Part shown: piece after piece, positions 45,637 through 56,051 of the stretch
Numbering within the stretch: position 1 is the stretch's first letter
How the letters are laid out: the number at the start of each line of letters is the position of its first letter
DNA from: Fidelibacterota bacterium
Lineage (GTDB): Bacteria; Fidelibacterota; Marinisomatia; Marinisomatales; S15-B10
Assembly (NCBI GenBank): GCA_046861655.1
Contig: JBHIAI010000001.1
Location: 1-64,000, forward strand
Length of the DNA stretch: 64,000 bases
Direction of reading: 5' to 3'
Program-made: the position numbers and the translations under genes
Notes under the pieces: model-generated
The model's input: the letters and a program-made list of their open reading frames with translations, nothing else
Told to the model about the DNA's origin: nothing
Databases searched by the model: none

Positions 45637-46551
45637 ATGAAATCCATGGTCATTATCTGGGCTGTGATGTTTATTTTCAACCTGCTGGCATCTTTCACCC
45701 ATATTGCCGGGAAAGAGGCCGTCATGCACGTTTCCCCCTGGGCCGTGGGGTTTTACAGGTTCACCTTAGGGGCGGTGACTATGTGGGGCTTCATGAGACT
45801 GTCCGGCCGCAAGATCGTTCTGGAGCCTTCCGACCGGTGGAGGTTTCTTACTCTGGCCATTCTTGCCGTTCCCCTGAACCAGCTTTCGTTCTTGGTGGGC
45901 ATTCATCACACGCCCGCGTCCCATCCGGCACTCCTTTATGCCACGACCCCGGCGTGGGTTTTTCTCTTTGCACTGGGTCTAAGGATCGAGCGCTGGAGGT
46001 GGTGGAAATGGATGGGGATCGGACTGGCTATGCTCGGGGTCGTGTTTCTTCTGGGAGGTGAGGTTCTCACCCTCCGCGGGGAAGTCGTGGGCGGAGACCT
46101 CATTCTGCTTCTGGCGGTTCTCTCCTGGTCCCTGTACACCGCTCTGGGCAAACCCATCGTGGAGCGGTATGGCGCCCTGGAAACCACGTTTGTTGTTATG
46201 GCGTTCGGTGCCTTAATGTATCTACCCTTTGGAGCCTATCTGGCGGCGACTGCAGACTATTCGGAAGCGGATACGTCGGTCTGGCTCGGTATCGTGTACA
46301 TGGGCGTGGTGACCTCCGGGATGGCCTACTTTTTGTGGTACTGGTTACTTCAGCGGATCCGGCCGTCACAGGTGGCCGTGGTCACCAGCGCTCAACCTCC
46401 CACCACAGCCTTTTTGGCATGGGCGGTCCTGGGGACCGTGCCCACGGGGAACCTGCTTTTGAGTGGAACCTCGATCCTGGCAGGAATCGTTTTGATGGTG
46501 GGCTATGGAGGACCGAAACAGCCAACACGGATTTCAACCAAACCACAGTAG
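45637..46551 (+). CDS. DMT/EamA transporter
   Basis: About 10 TM helices; GDLILLLAVLSWSLY. Confidence 0.9.
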   Translation: MKSMVIIWAVMFIFNLLASFTHIAGKEAVMHVSPWAVGFYRFTLGAVTMWGFMRLSGRKIVLEPSDRWRFLTLAILAVPLNQLSFLVGIHHTPASHPALLYATTPAWVFLFALGLRIERWRWWKWMGIGLAMLGVVFLLGGEVLTLRGEVVGGDLILLLAVLSWSLYTALGKPIVERYGALETTFVVMAFGALMYLPFGAYLAATADYSEADTSVWLGIVYMGVVTSGMAYFLWYWLLQRIRPSQVAVVTSAQPPTTAFLAWAVLGTVPTGNLLLSGTSILAGIVLMVGYGGPKQPTRISTKPQ

Positions 46552-46560
46552 GGGAGCACC

Positions 46561-47193
46561 ATGCGAAAGCTTTCTTGGATTGTAGTTTTCGGCATCGCCT
46601 TCGGACTGGTGGAAGCGGCGGTGGTGGTGTACTTGCGCTCCATCGGTTACCCCGAAGGGTTCGATTTCGCTGAGGGCAGATTGCCACCCACCATCCTGAA
46701 CACCGAGATTATCCGGGAGGGAGCCTCCATCCTCGCTCTCGTGGCTATAGCAGTTCTGGCCGGCAAAACGGGCCTGGCCAGGCTCGGAGCGTTCATCACC
46801 GTATTCGGGGTGTGGGACCTCTTTTACTACGTTTGGCTGAAGGTATTTCTGGGATGGCCCGAATCCCTCATGGATGGTGATATTCTTTTCCTCATCCCCG
46901 GGGTCTGGGCGGGCCCTGTTCTGGCACCGATTCTGGTCAGTGTGGCCTTTGTGGGCTGCGGCGGATGGATCTACTGGCGGGAGGAAACAGGGCGACCGGT
47001 AAGAACAGGACCGATAGACTGGATCGTGGAGGCAGGGGGCGGTCTGGCGATTGTCACATCCTTCCTGGTCAGTGACATCGTTCCTGGTTCGGAGCCGGGA
47101 CCTGATTACATCTCTTCTTTTCCCTGGTGGCTTTTCCTGGCGGGCTTCCTGGGGGGACTGGGTTATTTCGTGTGGCGGATTTTCCGGCAGTGA
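46561..47193 (+). CDS. Conserved hypothetical membrane protein
   Basis: EAAVVVYLR, EIIRE, WDLFYY, DILFLIP..W.GPV; RBS present. Confidence 0.75.
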   Translation: MRKLSWIVVFGIAFGLVEAAVVVYLRSIGYPEGFDFAEGRLPPTILNTEIIREGASILALVAIAVLAGKTGLARLGAFITVFGVWDLFYYVWLKVFLGWPESLMDGDILFLIPGVWAGPVLAPILVSVAFVGCGGWIYWREETGRPVRTGPIDWIVEAGGGLAIVTSFLVSDIVPGSEPGPDYISSFPWWLFLAGFLGGLGYFVWRIFRQ

Positions 47194-48623
47194 AGTTTCA
47201 GCTCCGCCATTTATTCCTCCCCACCGACACCGCCCTGTTCAAGAAAGTCCTCACCCTGGCCCTGCCTGTAATCCTTGGAAACCTGAGCCGCGTTCTCATG
47301 AATGTGGTAGACGTGGCTATGGTAGGGCGGCTGGGAGCCCACGCCCTGGCAGCCGTGGGAATGGGAAGCGTCCTTGTCTGGACCGTCCTGAGCTTTGCCT
47401 ATTCCATCCGAACGGGAGTCCAGACCGTCACGTCCCGAAGACTGGGGGAGAAGCGCCTCAGTGAATGTGGGGCCGCTCTCAATAACGGACTCGTTTTTGC
47501 CGCAGGAACGGGAGTGACTTTGTCCGTGGTAGGGTATCTGGGCACCGGCGTGCTAATCGGGTTTCTTCTGGACGACCCCAGTGTCATTCCCCTGGCAGAA
47601 ACCTACACCAGGTGGGCTTTTCTGAGTGTGGTTTTCGTGGTGATTGGGTATGCCTTTCAGGGATTCTTCAACGGCGTGGAACGGACGGCCGTCCATATGG
47701 AGGTGACCGTCATCTCGAACATCTTGAATGTCTACCTCAATGCCGGCCTGATATTTGGAAGTGCAAACCTTCCTGATCTCCTCTCAACAACCCCCCTGGG
47801 AGACCTTTCCTTCCTTGCTGCTTTCTGGACCCCCTTTGCCTTTCCCGCCCTTGGGGTGAAGGGGGCCGCCCTGGCCACCCTTGTGGCTTCCGCCTGGATG
47901 ATGGCCCACTACTTGGTCCGGGCATCTCTACGGGACTTCCGTAAGGGATACGGTGCCCTGACGGGCCGGCTCAACCGGCAGGTCCTCAAACGGGTTGTAT
48001 CCATCGCCGTGCCGCAAGGACTCCAAGAACTGGGGGTTATGCTTGTCTTTGTGCTGTTTTTCAAGATCACAGCCCTGGTGGGAACCCTGGAAGTGGCGGC
48101 CACGGAGGTTGTCTTTACCATTATGCAGGCGTCGTTTCTGCCCGCAGCGGGTTTCGGCATCGCCTGCGCCACCCTGGTGGGGAAGTACCTGGGAGAGAAT
48201 ACCCCGGACCTGGCGGAGGTGACTATCCTGGAATCGGTCCGGTGGTCTATCATCTTTATGGGAAGCATGGGAATTATTTTCCTCCTTTTTCCGAATCAGA
48301 TCCTTTCGTTTTTTACCCGGGATGAAACGGTGATCGAACTGGGTTCGGTGGCATTGAGAATCCTGGGCGTGGTGCAGTTCGCAGACGCCGTGGGCATGAC
48401 CTTGTGGTTCGCCCTGTCGGGAGCCGGCAATACCAAGTATCCCGCCATAGTGGAAATGACCATCGCCTGGTTCATCTTCCTCCCCTCCTGCTATGTTACC
48501 GCCGTCATAATGGACTCGGGTATCCTTGGGTCCTGGATCAGTTTCGGGTTCTATATCACTCTGTATGCCTCCGCCATGGCATGGAAAGTCCTTAAGGGAG
48601 ACTGGAAAACCATCCGAGTGTAA
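47190..48623 (+). CDS. MATE family efflux transporter
   Basis: LALP, VDVAMVGRLG, GVKGAALAT, LVGKYLG, GAGNT; GTG 47190 overlaps the upstream stop. Confidence 0.92.
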   Translation: MKFQLRHLFLPTDTALFKKVLTLALPVILGNLSRVLMNVVDVAMVGRLGAHALAAVGMGSVLVWTVLSFAYSIRTGVQTVTSRRLGEKRLSECGAALNNGLVFAAGTGVTLSVVGYLGTGVLIGFLLDDPSVIPLAETYTRWAFLSVVFVVIGYAFQGFFNGVERTAVHMEVTVISNILNVYLNAGLIFGSANLPDLLSTTPLGDLSFLAAFWTPFAFPALGVKGAALATLVASAWMMAHYLVRASLRDFRKGYGALTGRLNRQVLKRVVSIAVPQGLQELGVMLVFVLFFKITALVGTLEVAATEVVFTIMQASFLPAAGFGIACATLVGKYLGENTPDLAEVTILESVRWSIIFMGSMGIIFLLFPNQILSFFTRDETVIELGSVALRILGVVQFADAVGMTLWFALSGAGNTKYPAIVEMTIAWFIFLPSCYVTAVIMDSGILGSWISFGFYITLYASAMAWKVLKGDWKTIRV

Positions 48624-48764
48624 AATATTTGTCTTTATTATCACGAACCGTAGTCATATATTGATATGGTTCATGATTATGATATATATTTGCTACCCGG
48701 CATGGGTAGGTTACGCAGTACATAGTGCCCGTCCGGCATGTCGTGAAGTCGGGGGTTTACGAGG

Positions 48765-51212
48765 ATGGCGGACTTTCTTTGGCGAACGGTTCTGTCTCTG
48801 GTGGTCCTGAGCGGAGGTGCCGCCGCGCCAACCTCCCTGTCACCGGGTGATGTGGCCATTATCGGGTATAATTACGACAATCCCGATGAATTCGGGTTTG
48901 TGGTACTTGTGGACCTGGATTCGGGGACACAGATCTATTTTACCGACAGCGGGGTGACGGCTGAAGGGACCTTCCGGGGCGGGGAAGGAGCGGTGAAATA
49001 CACGGTTCCTGGTGAGGGAATACCTGCGGGGTCCGTGATTATCTACACCGGTAGCGACTCCAGTTTTGTTCCTGCCAACGATTCACACGTGGGGACCGGA
49101 GGGTTGGCCCTGTCGAGCTCAGGAGACCAGATCATCGCCTTCCAGGGTTCCAGCGCCAGCCCCAGCTTTATCTATGCGCTGAATGCCGAAGGCGAGGGCT
49201 GGCAGCCGGATGCCAACAGTTCAAACGAAACCGCCCTGCCGCCAGGGCTCATCGATGGGTCCACCGCCCTGGCCCTGATGGAAGCGGACAACGGTTACTA
49301 CAGTGGGACCACCAGGAGCGGGACTCAACGTGAGCTCCTGCAGGCTATTTCCCTGCAGGAAAACTGGACCACCAGTAACAGCCGGCAGGACAGCAACACC
49401 TGGCCTTCGTCCTTTGCCGTTTCTTCCTCTTCCTCCGACCGTACCACTGTCCAGTTCTCCTCGTCAGAAGCCACCGTTTCCGAGGGAACATCCTCTTACT
49501 CTTTTTCTGTTTCCATATCCAATCAAAGCCCTTCCAGTCAGACCACGGCAGATGTGGTGTTGACCTCGAATGGGACCGCGACCGGCGGTACGGACATTTC
49601 CCAGTACACCCCTCAGACCGTCACCTTTCCAGAGGACAGCTTTTCTGCCCAGTCCGTGACGGTGTTTCTCATCGACGACTCAGAATTCGAGGGAACAGAA
49701 ACCCTTGTTTTCGAACTCAAAAACGCTGCCGGAGGCAATGAGGCGTCGGTGGGTTCCCCGGATCGGTTCGTCCTGAGCATTCTGGATAACGATCCCCCGG
49801 CTGTGGTCATCAACGAGATTCATTACAACCCCGCCGTGGACCAGGGGCCGGATGACGAACACGAATTCCTGGAATTGTACAACCGGTCACCCTATACCGC
49901 TTATCTTTCGGGCTACAACTTCAGGGAAGGGATCCAACTTACTTTCGGACCTTCTGATTCCCTGGCCCCCGGCTCCTATCTGCTGGTGGCAAAAAGGGCG
50001 GCTACCTACCCGGGGAGCATTGAATGGACGGCCGGGTCCCTGGCCAACGTTGGGGAAAGAGTGGTTGTGGTCACCGGGGAGGGGACCCTTGTGGATTCCG
50101 TGATGTATGCCGGTAGGGATCCCTGGCCCATGGAAGCCAACGGGTCGGGACCGTCCCTGGAACTGGTGGATCCCTGGCTGGACAACTCCCTGGGAAAGGC
50201 GTGGCAGGCGAGCTTTGTGGATGGGGGGACCCCCGGGGGTCCCAACAGTTCAAACTCAGTACCCCGGGCGATGCCGGACTCTTTTTCCACAGGTGAGGAT
50301 CAGGCTCTGGTGGTAGATCCCCCGGGTGTTCTGGAAAACGATTCCGATTCCGATGGTGACATCTTGACCCCATTTATGGTGGGAGCCCCCGTCCACGGGG
50401 GCATGGCCCTGTCATCAGACGGCGGGTTCCAATACATCCCGGATCCCGACTTCTTCGGCCAGGATACCTTTGTGTACGCGGTGCACGATGGGACGGACAG
50501 TTCGTCGCCCGCGACAGGTGTCCTGAAGGTTATGCCCGTGAATGATCCTCCGGATCCGTTCGGTCTGCTGTGGCCGGAAGACAGTTCGGTCATTGTGATC
50601 ACCAGGGATCTTCTGTCCCAGCCGTTCATCATGGGATGGGAATCCACCTTCGACAGGGACGGGGACAGCGTGACGTATGAACTTGCGGCTTCCGGGGAAC
50701 TATCGTTCCTCACCTCCGGGGGCATTCAGGAAAGCCGCTTCGCCATCACGTATCAAGAATTGGTGGACGCCATGGAAGATAGTGACCGGGTGGAGGGGGA
50801 GTGGATCGTATGGGCTTCGGATGGAATTGCCGCACGGGAAGCAGACAACGGACCCTTCCGTTTAACCCTGGATGGCTCCTCGCTGGCCGTTGGGGGAAAA
50901 AAGACAGTTCCCACCGCGTTTGCCCTGTATCCCAACATTCCCAATCCGTTCAATCCTTTCACCGTGATCCCGTATGACGTTCCCCAGGTTTCCACGGTTC
51001 AGGTCGAAGTCTATGATCTCCTTGGCCGGAGGGTTCAGGTCCTGTTTTTCGGAACGCGCCGGCCGGGGACTTACGAGGAAGTCTTCACGGGAAAGAACGA
51101 CCGTGGGATTCCGGTGGCGTCCGGGATCTACATCTGTCGAATGGTGGCGTTTGACCGCGGCACGAAAGAGGTGACATACCGTAGAACCCGGAAACTCGTC
51201 CTCATGAGATAG
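48765..51212 (+). CDS. Secreted protein: Calx-beta, lamin-tail and Big_9 domains with FlgD/secretion tail
   Basis: DDSEFEGTE, VVINEIHYNP, GVLENDSDSDGD, NIPNPFNP...SGIY. Confidence 0.85.
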   Translation: MADFLWRTVLSLVVLSGGAAAPTSLSPGDVAIIGYNYDNPDEFGFVVLVDLDSGTQIYFTDSGVTAEGTFRGGEGAVKYTVPGEGIPAGSVIIYTGSDSSFVPANDSHVGTGGLALSSSGDQIIAFQGSSASPSFIYALNAEGEGWQPDANSSNETALPPGLIDGSTALALMEADNGYYSGTTRSGTQRELLQAISLQENWTTSNSRQDSNTWPSSFAVSSSSSDRTTVQFSSSEATVSEGTSSYSFSVSISNQSPSSQTTADVVLTSNGTATGGTDISQYTPQTVTFPEDSFSAQSVTVFLIDDSEFEGTETLVFELKNAAGGNEASVGSPDRFVLSILDNDPPAVVINEIHYNPAVDQGPDDEHEFLELYNRSPYTAYLSGYNFREGIQLTFGPSDSLAPGSYLLVAKRAATYPGSIEWTAGSLANVGERVVVVTGEGTLVDSVMYAGRDPWPMEANGSGPSLELVDPWLDNSLGKAWQASFVDGGTPGGPNSSNSVPRAMPDSFSTGEDQALVVDPPGVLENDSDSDGDILTPFMVGAPVHGGMALSSDGGFQYIPDPDFFGQDTFVYAVHDGTDSSSPATGVLKVMPVNDPPDPFGLLWPEDSSVIVITRDLLSQPFIMGWESTFDRDGDSVTYELAASGELSFLTSGGIQESRFAITYQELVDAMEDSDRVEGEWIVWASDGIAAREADNGPFRLTLDGSSLAVGGKKTVPTAFALYPNIPNPFNPFTVIPYDVPQVSTVQVEVYDLLGRRVQVLFFGTRRPGTYEEVFTGKNDRGIPVASGIYICRMVAFDRGTKEVTYRRTRKLVLMR

Positions 51213-51323
51213 CCCCTGGGGCATTGCCGCCCAGGCCGGTTCTCCAGACGAACCGGAGGAAAAAGTTTTCACCACCGGGCTTGAAGCCCAAAAGGGCCCC
51301 GCGGGTTCGATCTCAAAAATCAC

Positions 51324-51353
51324 TTGACAGAGCTAACTGATAATACTTATACT
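51324..51353 (+). promoter_or_regulatory. sigma70 promoter with an adjacent CTGAT/ATCAG palindrome
   Basis: TTGACA-N18-TATACT followed by CTGATAAATCAG. Confidence 0.55.
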
Positions 51354-51422
51354 ACTGATAAATCAGAGAGATCAGCGAGTTCCGATTCGTTTGGATTTCA
51401 TCTACGTAAGGAGGTTATGATC

Positions 51423-51701
51423 ATGGACAAGGAAGCAAAAAAGATTCCTTCCTCTGGGGTTACCATCGGCTCGTGCACCATAAAGGTGGAATCACTCGTG
51501 ACGGTGGACGAGAGAGGTCAGATGGTCCTGCCGAAGGAGATCAGAGATAAGTTTGGAATCCGGGGAGGAGACAAACTGGCCATCGCAAGCTGTACAGACA
51601 CCGAGGACAACCTAACCTGTCTGTGTGCAGTCAAATCTGACGATTTCGCCGTAAGGATCAAAGATCTTCTCGGTCCCATGTTGAACGAGGTGGTCCCTTG
51701 A
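51423..51701 (+). CDS. AbrB/MazE/SpoVT-fold protein resembling HgcAB-associated HgcC
   Basis: KVESLVTVDERGQMVLPKEIR...GDKLA...CLC...LGPM; AGGAGG 8 nt before ATG 51423. Confidence 0.75.
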   Translation: MDKEAKKIPSSGVTIGSCTIKVESLVTVDERGQMVLPKEIRDKFGIRGGDKLAIASCTDTEDNLTCLCAVKSDDFAVRIKDLLGPMLNEVVP

Positions 51702-51741
51702 TCGAGAGTTCAGGCTTCGATACATGCCCGTGGCAACCCGT

Positions 51742-54021
51742 TTAGAATACAATATCAACGATTGAATCTGTGAGAAAAGTGGTAGAGTATTTGACCAGCA
51801 CCGTTCTCGTATCGGTAAAGGGCAGGGCCGGATCGAAGCTGTGGCGGTTGGTGTTGATTCCCTCATTATAAACGATGTACAGGTCGGTCCCTTCCCGGGG
51901 ATTGAACCGGAACCGTCCGTTGAAAACGATGGCGTCGGTGGCGCTGTTGTACTGGATGAACGTGAAAAGAGAAAGGACGGCCGACAGGGTAGTCTTCAGG
52001 CGCAACCGGACAATGTTGGAATCGAACCGCTGATCTCGCTGCGGAAACCGGACCCTGTTGAATTCTACAGATCCACTCGCTTCAAAGTATTTGGAGATGA
52101 CCCACGCCGGAACGGCCCTTAGAGAAAGTCTATGACCATCATAGAACGTGCCCCCATTCAGGTACGTTTCCACCCGGAACAGGCCGCCAAACGGAGATTG
52201 ATAGGAGGCGCTCAGCTCGGTGAAAGTGTAGGTATCAGGGGAGATGAAACTGTCGCTGCTCAGGCGAAATGTATCGGTTATCGACTCATGAAGTAGTTTG
52301 AGTCCCAGGGATGTAAAGACGCCAGATTTTGTTGACCGCCACCATGAAGACCCCACTTCCGCTGATTCTAATCTACCATCGGTGTTGTTTAAGAATATCC
52401 AGCTGAGGAGGGACAATGAGTGGGAAAAAATGGGAGAATCCTCATCCGGAAACCACCCGTAGGAAACCTCATTCCGGAAGAGGGTATAGTTCGTCCGGGG
52501 GACGAACCCCATGCCGGGATTGTAATCCATCCCCTGCCGCGATACACTCAGGTCGAATCCCAGTCCTTCCTTAGTGCGGCGTTCCCAGTTTAGTCGAAAT
52601 CGTGTCGTCGCCAGACTCAGGATGGGCTCGGTGGTTTCCGTGTCCGCTGTCTGGGCCCAGTTCAACGTAAGGTAATCATCGCCAAACAGTCTCAGAATAC
52701 CATCCAGGGCATAGGCGAGGTTTCTGTGGCCATCGGTTCCGATCCGGCTGGTGACCATCCCTCCGGCATAAGAGTACGGGTTCAGTACCTGGCGCCGGAG
52801 TCGTAAGACACCGAAGTTTTCCGATGCAACGGTCACCGTGGAATCCGGTTCCGGGGAGAACGCGGTTTGTGCCGTTTGCATGTTCATGCCACCGATATCC
52901 CAATCACCCAATCGCCCCACCAGGCGCACCCCGCCCAGGATGGGAACCAGTCCGTAGTCTGATAAGCCGATGCTACGGCTGTAGAACAGACGATTGGGGC
53001 CTCCCAGGCTGAAATCGAAAATGGAGGATCGTTCTTGAAAGAATAGTCGCTTCTCCGGGAAAAACAGGGAAAACCGGGTGAGGTTTACCTGTTCGTCGTC
53101 CGCCTCCACCTGGGCGAAGTCCGTATTCAGGGTGAGATCCAGAGTCAGGTTGCTGGAAAGGCTGTACTTAACATCGAGCCCGATGTCACGGGCAGGGTTT
53201 TGTTCCACTGTCCAGGCCGTTTCGTCGTCGTTGAGTTTGGACGATTGTCCGGTACCGCCAAGGGCATACGGCGTGACGTAAAGGGGATTCCTGGAGTAAA
53301 CACCCTCAAGCCGGACCCGCTGGGCTAGGGAGGGTTTCCACACACTCCAGAATCCCCATTTGGGAGATATGGCGGGAAAGGTGACCGTCTCAAACTTCCT
53401 GGCAATGTAGCGCCACGCGGTCAATCCCATGGTGACCTGACCGTCTGTATCCTGAAAACGAAGACTCGAAAAAGGGATTCGCATTTCGGCGAACCACCCT
53501 TGGTCGGTTATCTTGACCGCCACATCCCAGAAGGTATTCCAGCTGACGTTTACGGGGAATTCGCCCTGGGCGTCGTTGAAAACGGCCGCGTCGAATCGGA
53601 TCCCGGCGGGAGTGGTAAAAAACCCGAGACCGTTTTCGTTGTCATTGAAGGTGTCCAGTATGATGCCGAACCAGTCGTTGCTGGGGCTCATGTTGTCCCG
53701 GTTCATGGCTCCTCGCTGGATCCCCTCTGGATCGGAATCATACAGTCGTCCGGCTACGTACAGGTAGTCATCATCGTAGGCCACCAGAATTTCAGTGACT
53801 TCGGACGGATCGAGACCGAAGGTGGGCTGGTTCATGGTCACTTCCAGGGGGTTAATCCGCTGCCAGGCCGGTTCCTGGCTGAATCCATCTAGGGTGACGG
53901 GACCGTCTATCCGGGGAAGGGTCATCACGTCCTGGGCCTGTAACGCCCCGGAAAACAAGGAGCCACAGGCCAGGGTACAGAGAGCGACACTGAGGTGCGG
54001 GAATCGGGATAGGGACGTCAT
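51742..54021 (-). CDS. CBM9-like + DUF5916 outer-membrane protein
   Basis: YDDDYLYV, GWFAEMRIPFSSLRF, TLNTDFAQVEAD..VNLTRFSLFFPEKR.FF. Confidence 0.88.
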   Translation of the reverse strand: MTSLSRFPHLSVALCTLACGSLFSGALQAQDVMTLPRIDGPVTLDGFSQEPAWQRINPLEVTMNQPTFGLDPSEVTEILVAYDDDYLYVAGRLYDSDPEGIQRGAMNRDNMSPSNDWFGIILDTFNDNENGLGFFTTPAGIRFDAAVFNDAQGEFPVNVSWNTFWDVAVKITDQGWFAEMRIPFSSLRFQDTDGQVTMGLTAWRYIARKFETVTFPAISPKWGFWSVWKPSLAQRVRLEGVYSRNPLYVTPYALGGTGQSSKLNDDETAWTVEQNPARDIGLDVKYSLSSNLTLDLTLNTDFAQVEADDEQVNLTRFSLFFPEKRLFFQERSSIFDFSLGGPNRLFYSRSIGLSDYGLVPILGGVRLVGRLGDWDIGGMNMQTAQTAFSPEPDSTVTVASENFGVLRLRRQVLNPYSYAGGMVTSRIGTDGHRNLAYALDGILRLFGDDYLTLNWAQTADTETTEPILSLATTRFRLNWERRTKEGLGFDLSVSRQGMDYNPGMGFVPRTNYTLFRNEVSYGWFPDEDSPIFSHSLSLLSWIFLNNTDGRLESAEVGSSWWRSTKSGVFTSLGLKLLHESITDTFRLSSDSFISPDTYTFTELSASYQSPFGGLFRVETYLNGGTFYDGHRLSLRAVPAWVISKYFEASGSVEFNRVRFPQRDQRFDSNIVRLRLKTTLSAVLSLFTFIQYNSATDAIVFNGRFRFNPREGTDLYIVYNEGINTNRHSFDPALPFTDTRTVLVKYSTTFLTDSIVDIVF

Positions 54022-54069
54022 TGAAGCTTAAGCAACAAGAGGGTGGAACCCGGCGGGAAAATGTCCCGG

Positions 54070-54960
54070 CTATCCCGAATAAGCAACGCTCTTTTTCCTC
54101 ACCTGAACAAGAACGGCGCCCACTGCCGCTACAATCATTCCCGCACCCTCCTGAAAGGAGATTTTCTCATCGAGGAAGAACCAGGCCAGAATCGCAATCT
54201 GGATCAACATGGTGCCGTTGATGATACTGGACTCCATGGCGGTGAGAGTGCGGAGAGTGAGGTTCCATAGAGTAAACGCAAAGGCAGTGTTAACGGCAGC
54301 CAGCCAGGCAACAAAGGCGAGCCCTTTTAGGCTTATGATCGGCAGGCCTTCCGTAGCAAATCCTGCACTGAGCAAGACAACCGACCCCACACCCATGCTG
54401 ACAAAGGTTACGACCAGCGGGCTGACATCCCGGTTTCTGTTAATGTCCCGTCCCAGTACAGCCGCCCCTGAGTTTGCCAGCACCCCCATTCCCATGACGG
54501 CCAGCCCCAGTCCTTGACTTCCCAAGAATGAAATGGGATAAAAGTAAACCACGATTCCCATGATGAACAGCAGGGCACCCGTCCATTGAAGGAATCGGGG
54601 GATTTCTTTCAGGAGGAAGATGCCCATGACGGCGACGATCAGGGGGGTAAAGTTTAGCAGAAGACTTACGGTAACCGCGGGCAAAAGGGAAAGGCCCACA
54701 AACTGAGCACCCTGGGTGAAAGCGTAGAACACAACCCCCAACAGAAGAAGCTTCCGCCACTGGAGTTTTGTCAGTTGACGTATTTCATTTCGGGTTTTCT
54801 TCCTTAGAACGAAGGGAACAAAGCAGACAAAGGCCAGGGCGTACCGCAGGCCAGCAAAAGAGAGAGGGGGAATTTCGGTAAGACCCCATTTGATGATGAT
54901 GAACGATGTTGACCACAGAAAAGTGACGAACAGGGCCTGAAATACCGCAACTAGCCTCAC
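54070..54960 (-). CDS. DMT/EamA transporter
   Basis: LWSTSF, PPLSFAGLRY; about 10 TM helices. Confidence 0.9.
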   Translation of the reverse strand: MRLVAVFQALFVTFLWSTSFIIIKWGLTEIPPLSFAGLRYALAFVCFVPFVLRKKTRNEIRQLTKLQWRKLLLLGVVFYAFTQGAQFVGLSLLPAVTVSLLLNFTPLIVAVMGIFLLKEIPRFLQWTGALLFIMGIVVYFYPISFLGSQGLGLAVMGMGVLANSGAAVLGRDINRNRDVSPLVVTFVSMGVGSVVLLSAGFATEGLPIISLKGLAFVAWLAAVNTAFAFTLWNLTLRTLTAMESSIINGTMLIQIAILAWFFLDEKISFQEGAGMIVAAVGAVLVQVRKKSVAYSG

Positions 54961-55415
54961 TTTTTATCCCTATGGGAGGGGGGACGGACAATGATTTCAA
55001 GGATCTCCCTGGCCTCTTCCTCACTCAGAGCCCTGGCCTCGATCCGAACATCCTCAGGGACCCAGTCTGGAAAGGGGGTCTCTTCCACCGCGTGCTTGCC
55101 CGATGAAGTGTGAAACTCGCGAACGGCCGAAATCCGTTCGGGATCAAGTTTACCGGCTATTCTTACCAGATGGGGCCAAAGGCGCCGGTGGACGTAGGTA
55201 ATTTTTCCGTCTACCAGTCTGCACACAAGGATGTCCGAAGATCTCCTGAGCGCACGGGTCAGGTTGAAGATCTCGTGGCCCTTCGTATGGTCCCACCAGC
55301 TCCCCACGATAGGACCCCCAGCCACCTGCTCGGCGAGGCTGGGGACAAAGGATCGGGCGGATTCGGTGACCACGCCGTGTTTATCGACGAACGCCAGGGC
55401 TTCAGGTTCATTCAC
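54957..55415 (-). CDS. Conserved hypothetical protein (possible winged-helix/AlkZ-related)
   Basis: GTG 55415 with GGAG RBS; GSWW.H..GHEIF, CRLVDGKITYVHRRLWP. Confidence 0.7.
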   Translation of the reverse strand: MNEPEALAFVDKHGVVTESARSFVPSLAEQVAGGPIVGSWWDHTKGHEIFNLTRALRRSSDILVCRLVDGKITYVHRRLWPHLVRIAGKLDPERISAVREFHTSSGKHAVEETPFPDWVPEDVRIEARALSEEEAREILEIIVRPPSHRDKK

Positions 55416-55570
55416 TGAATCTCTCCACCGGGAAAAGGTTGGAAAAGTTTGGACCGAAGTTAGGGGAAAGCTTCCATCAGTTTCAATACTCAGGCTGCAA
55501 ACGACGGTCACCCGGCTCGTGCTCATAGGCCAGGGCGATCCATTGAGGCGACCTCGGGAAACCTCCCATA

Positions 55571-56051
55571 TCACTCCAGTACAATATCCCGGGTGCCTCT
55601 CCAGACTCCGTCGTCTCCTCGTTCAAGGGATACGATCCCCGATCCCCCTCGAGCTTCCAAACGCTGGCGGCGGCGTTTCGTCAAAAAGGGATCTCCTTCA
55701 AACATGATGCTGTCAATCCAGTATTCGGGCGTATCCGGTTCTTTAATGGTCACATGAATGTGGGCAGGCTCTGAACCTGTAGGGTAGGTTCCAGGCCGGA
55801 TCGTGTCGATCCTGTATTGGCCATTCTCGTCAGTCTGAAGCCAGCCCCGAAGGTATCCATGCCGCCGGCCGTTTCCTGTCTCATCACCGCGCTTGGCGTA
55901 GATTCCCGCTTGGTTTGTATGGTAGGCGTAGAGGATCCCGATGGGATTGTTCTTGAGTAGTGTCCGGAGACGCCCGACCTGCGGCGATGAGGTACGACAC
56001 AATCAAGGGAATCAGGATATCTCTTTGGGAGAGAATTCTTGAGAAATTCAT
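55571..56051 (-). pseudogene. Intradiol ring-cleavage dioxygenase-like gene broken by internal deletion/frameshift
   Basis: The C-terminal half (YHTN..GIY, LRGW..TD..G.Y...TIRPG.Y, PAHIH) is in a different frame from a signal-peptide-like N-terminus starting at ATG 56051. Confidence 0.7.
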
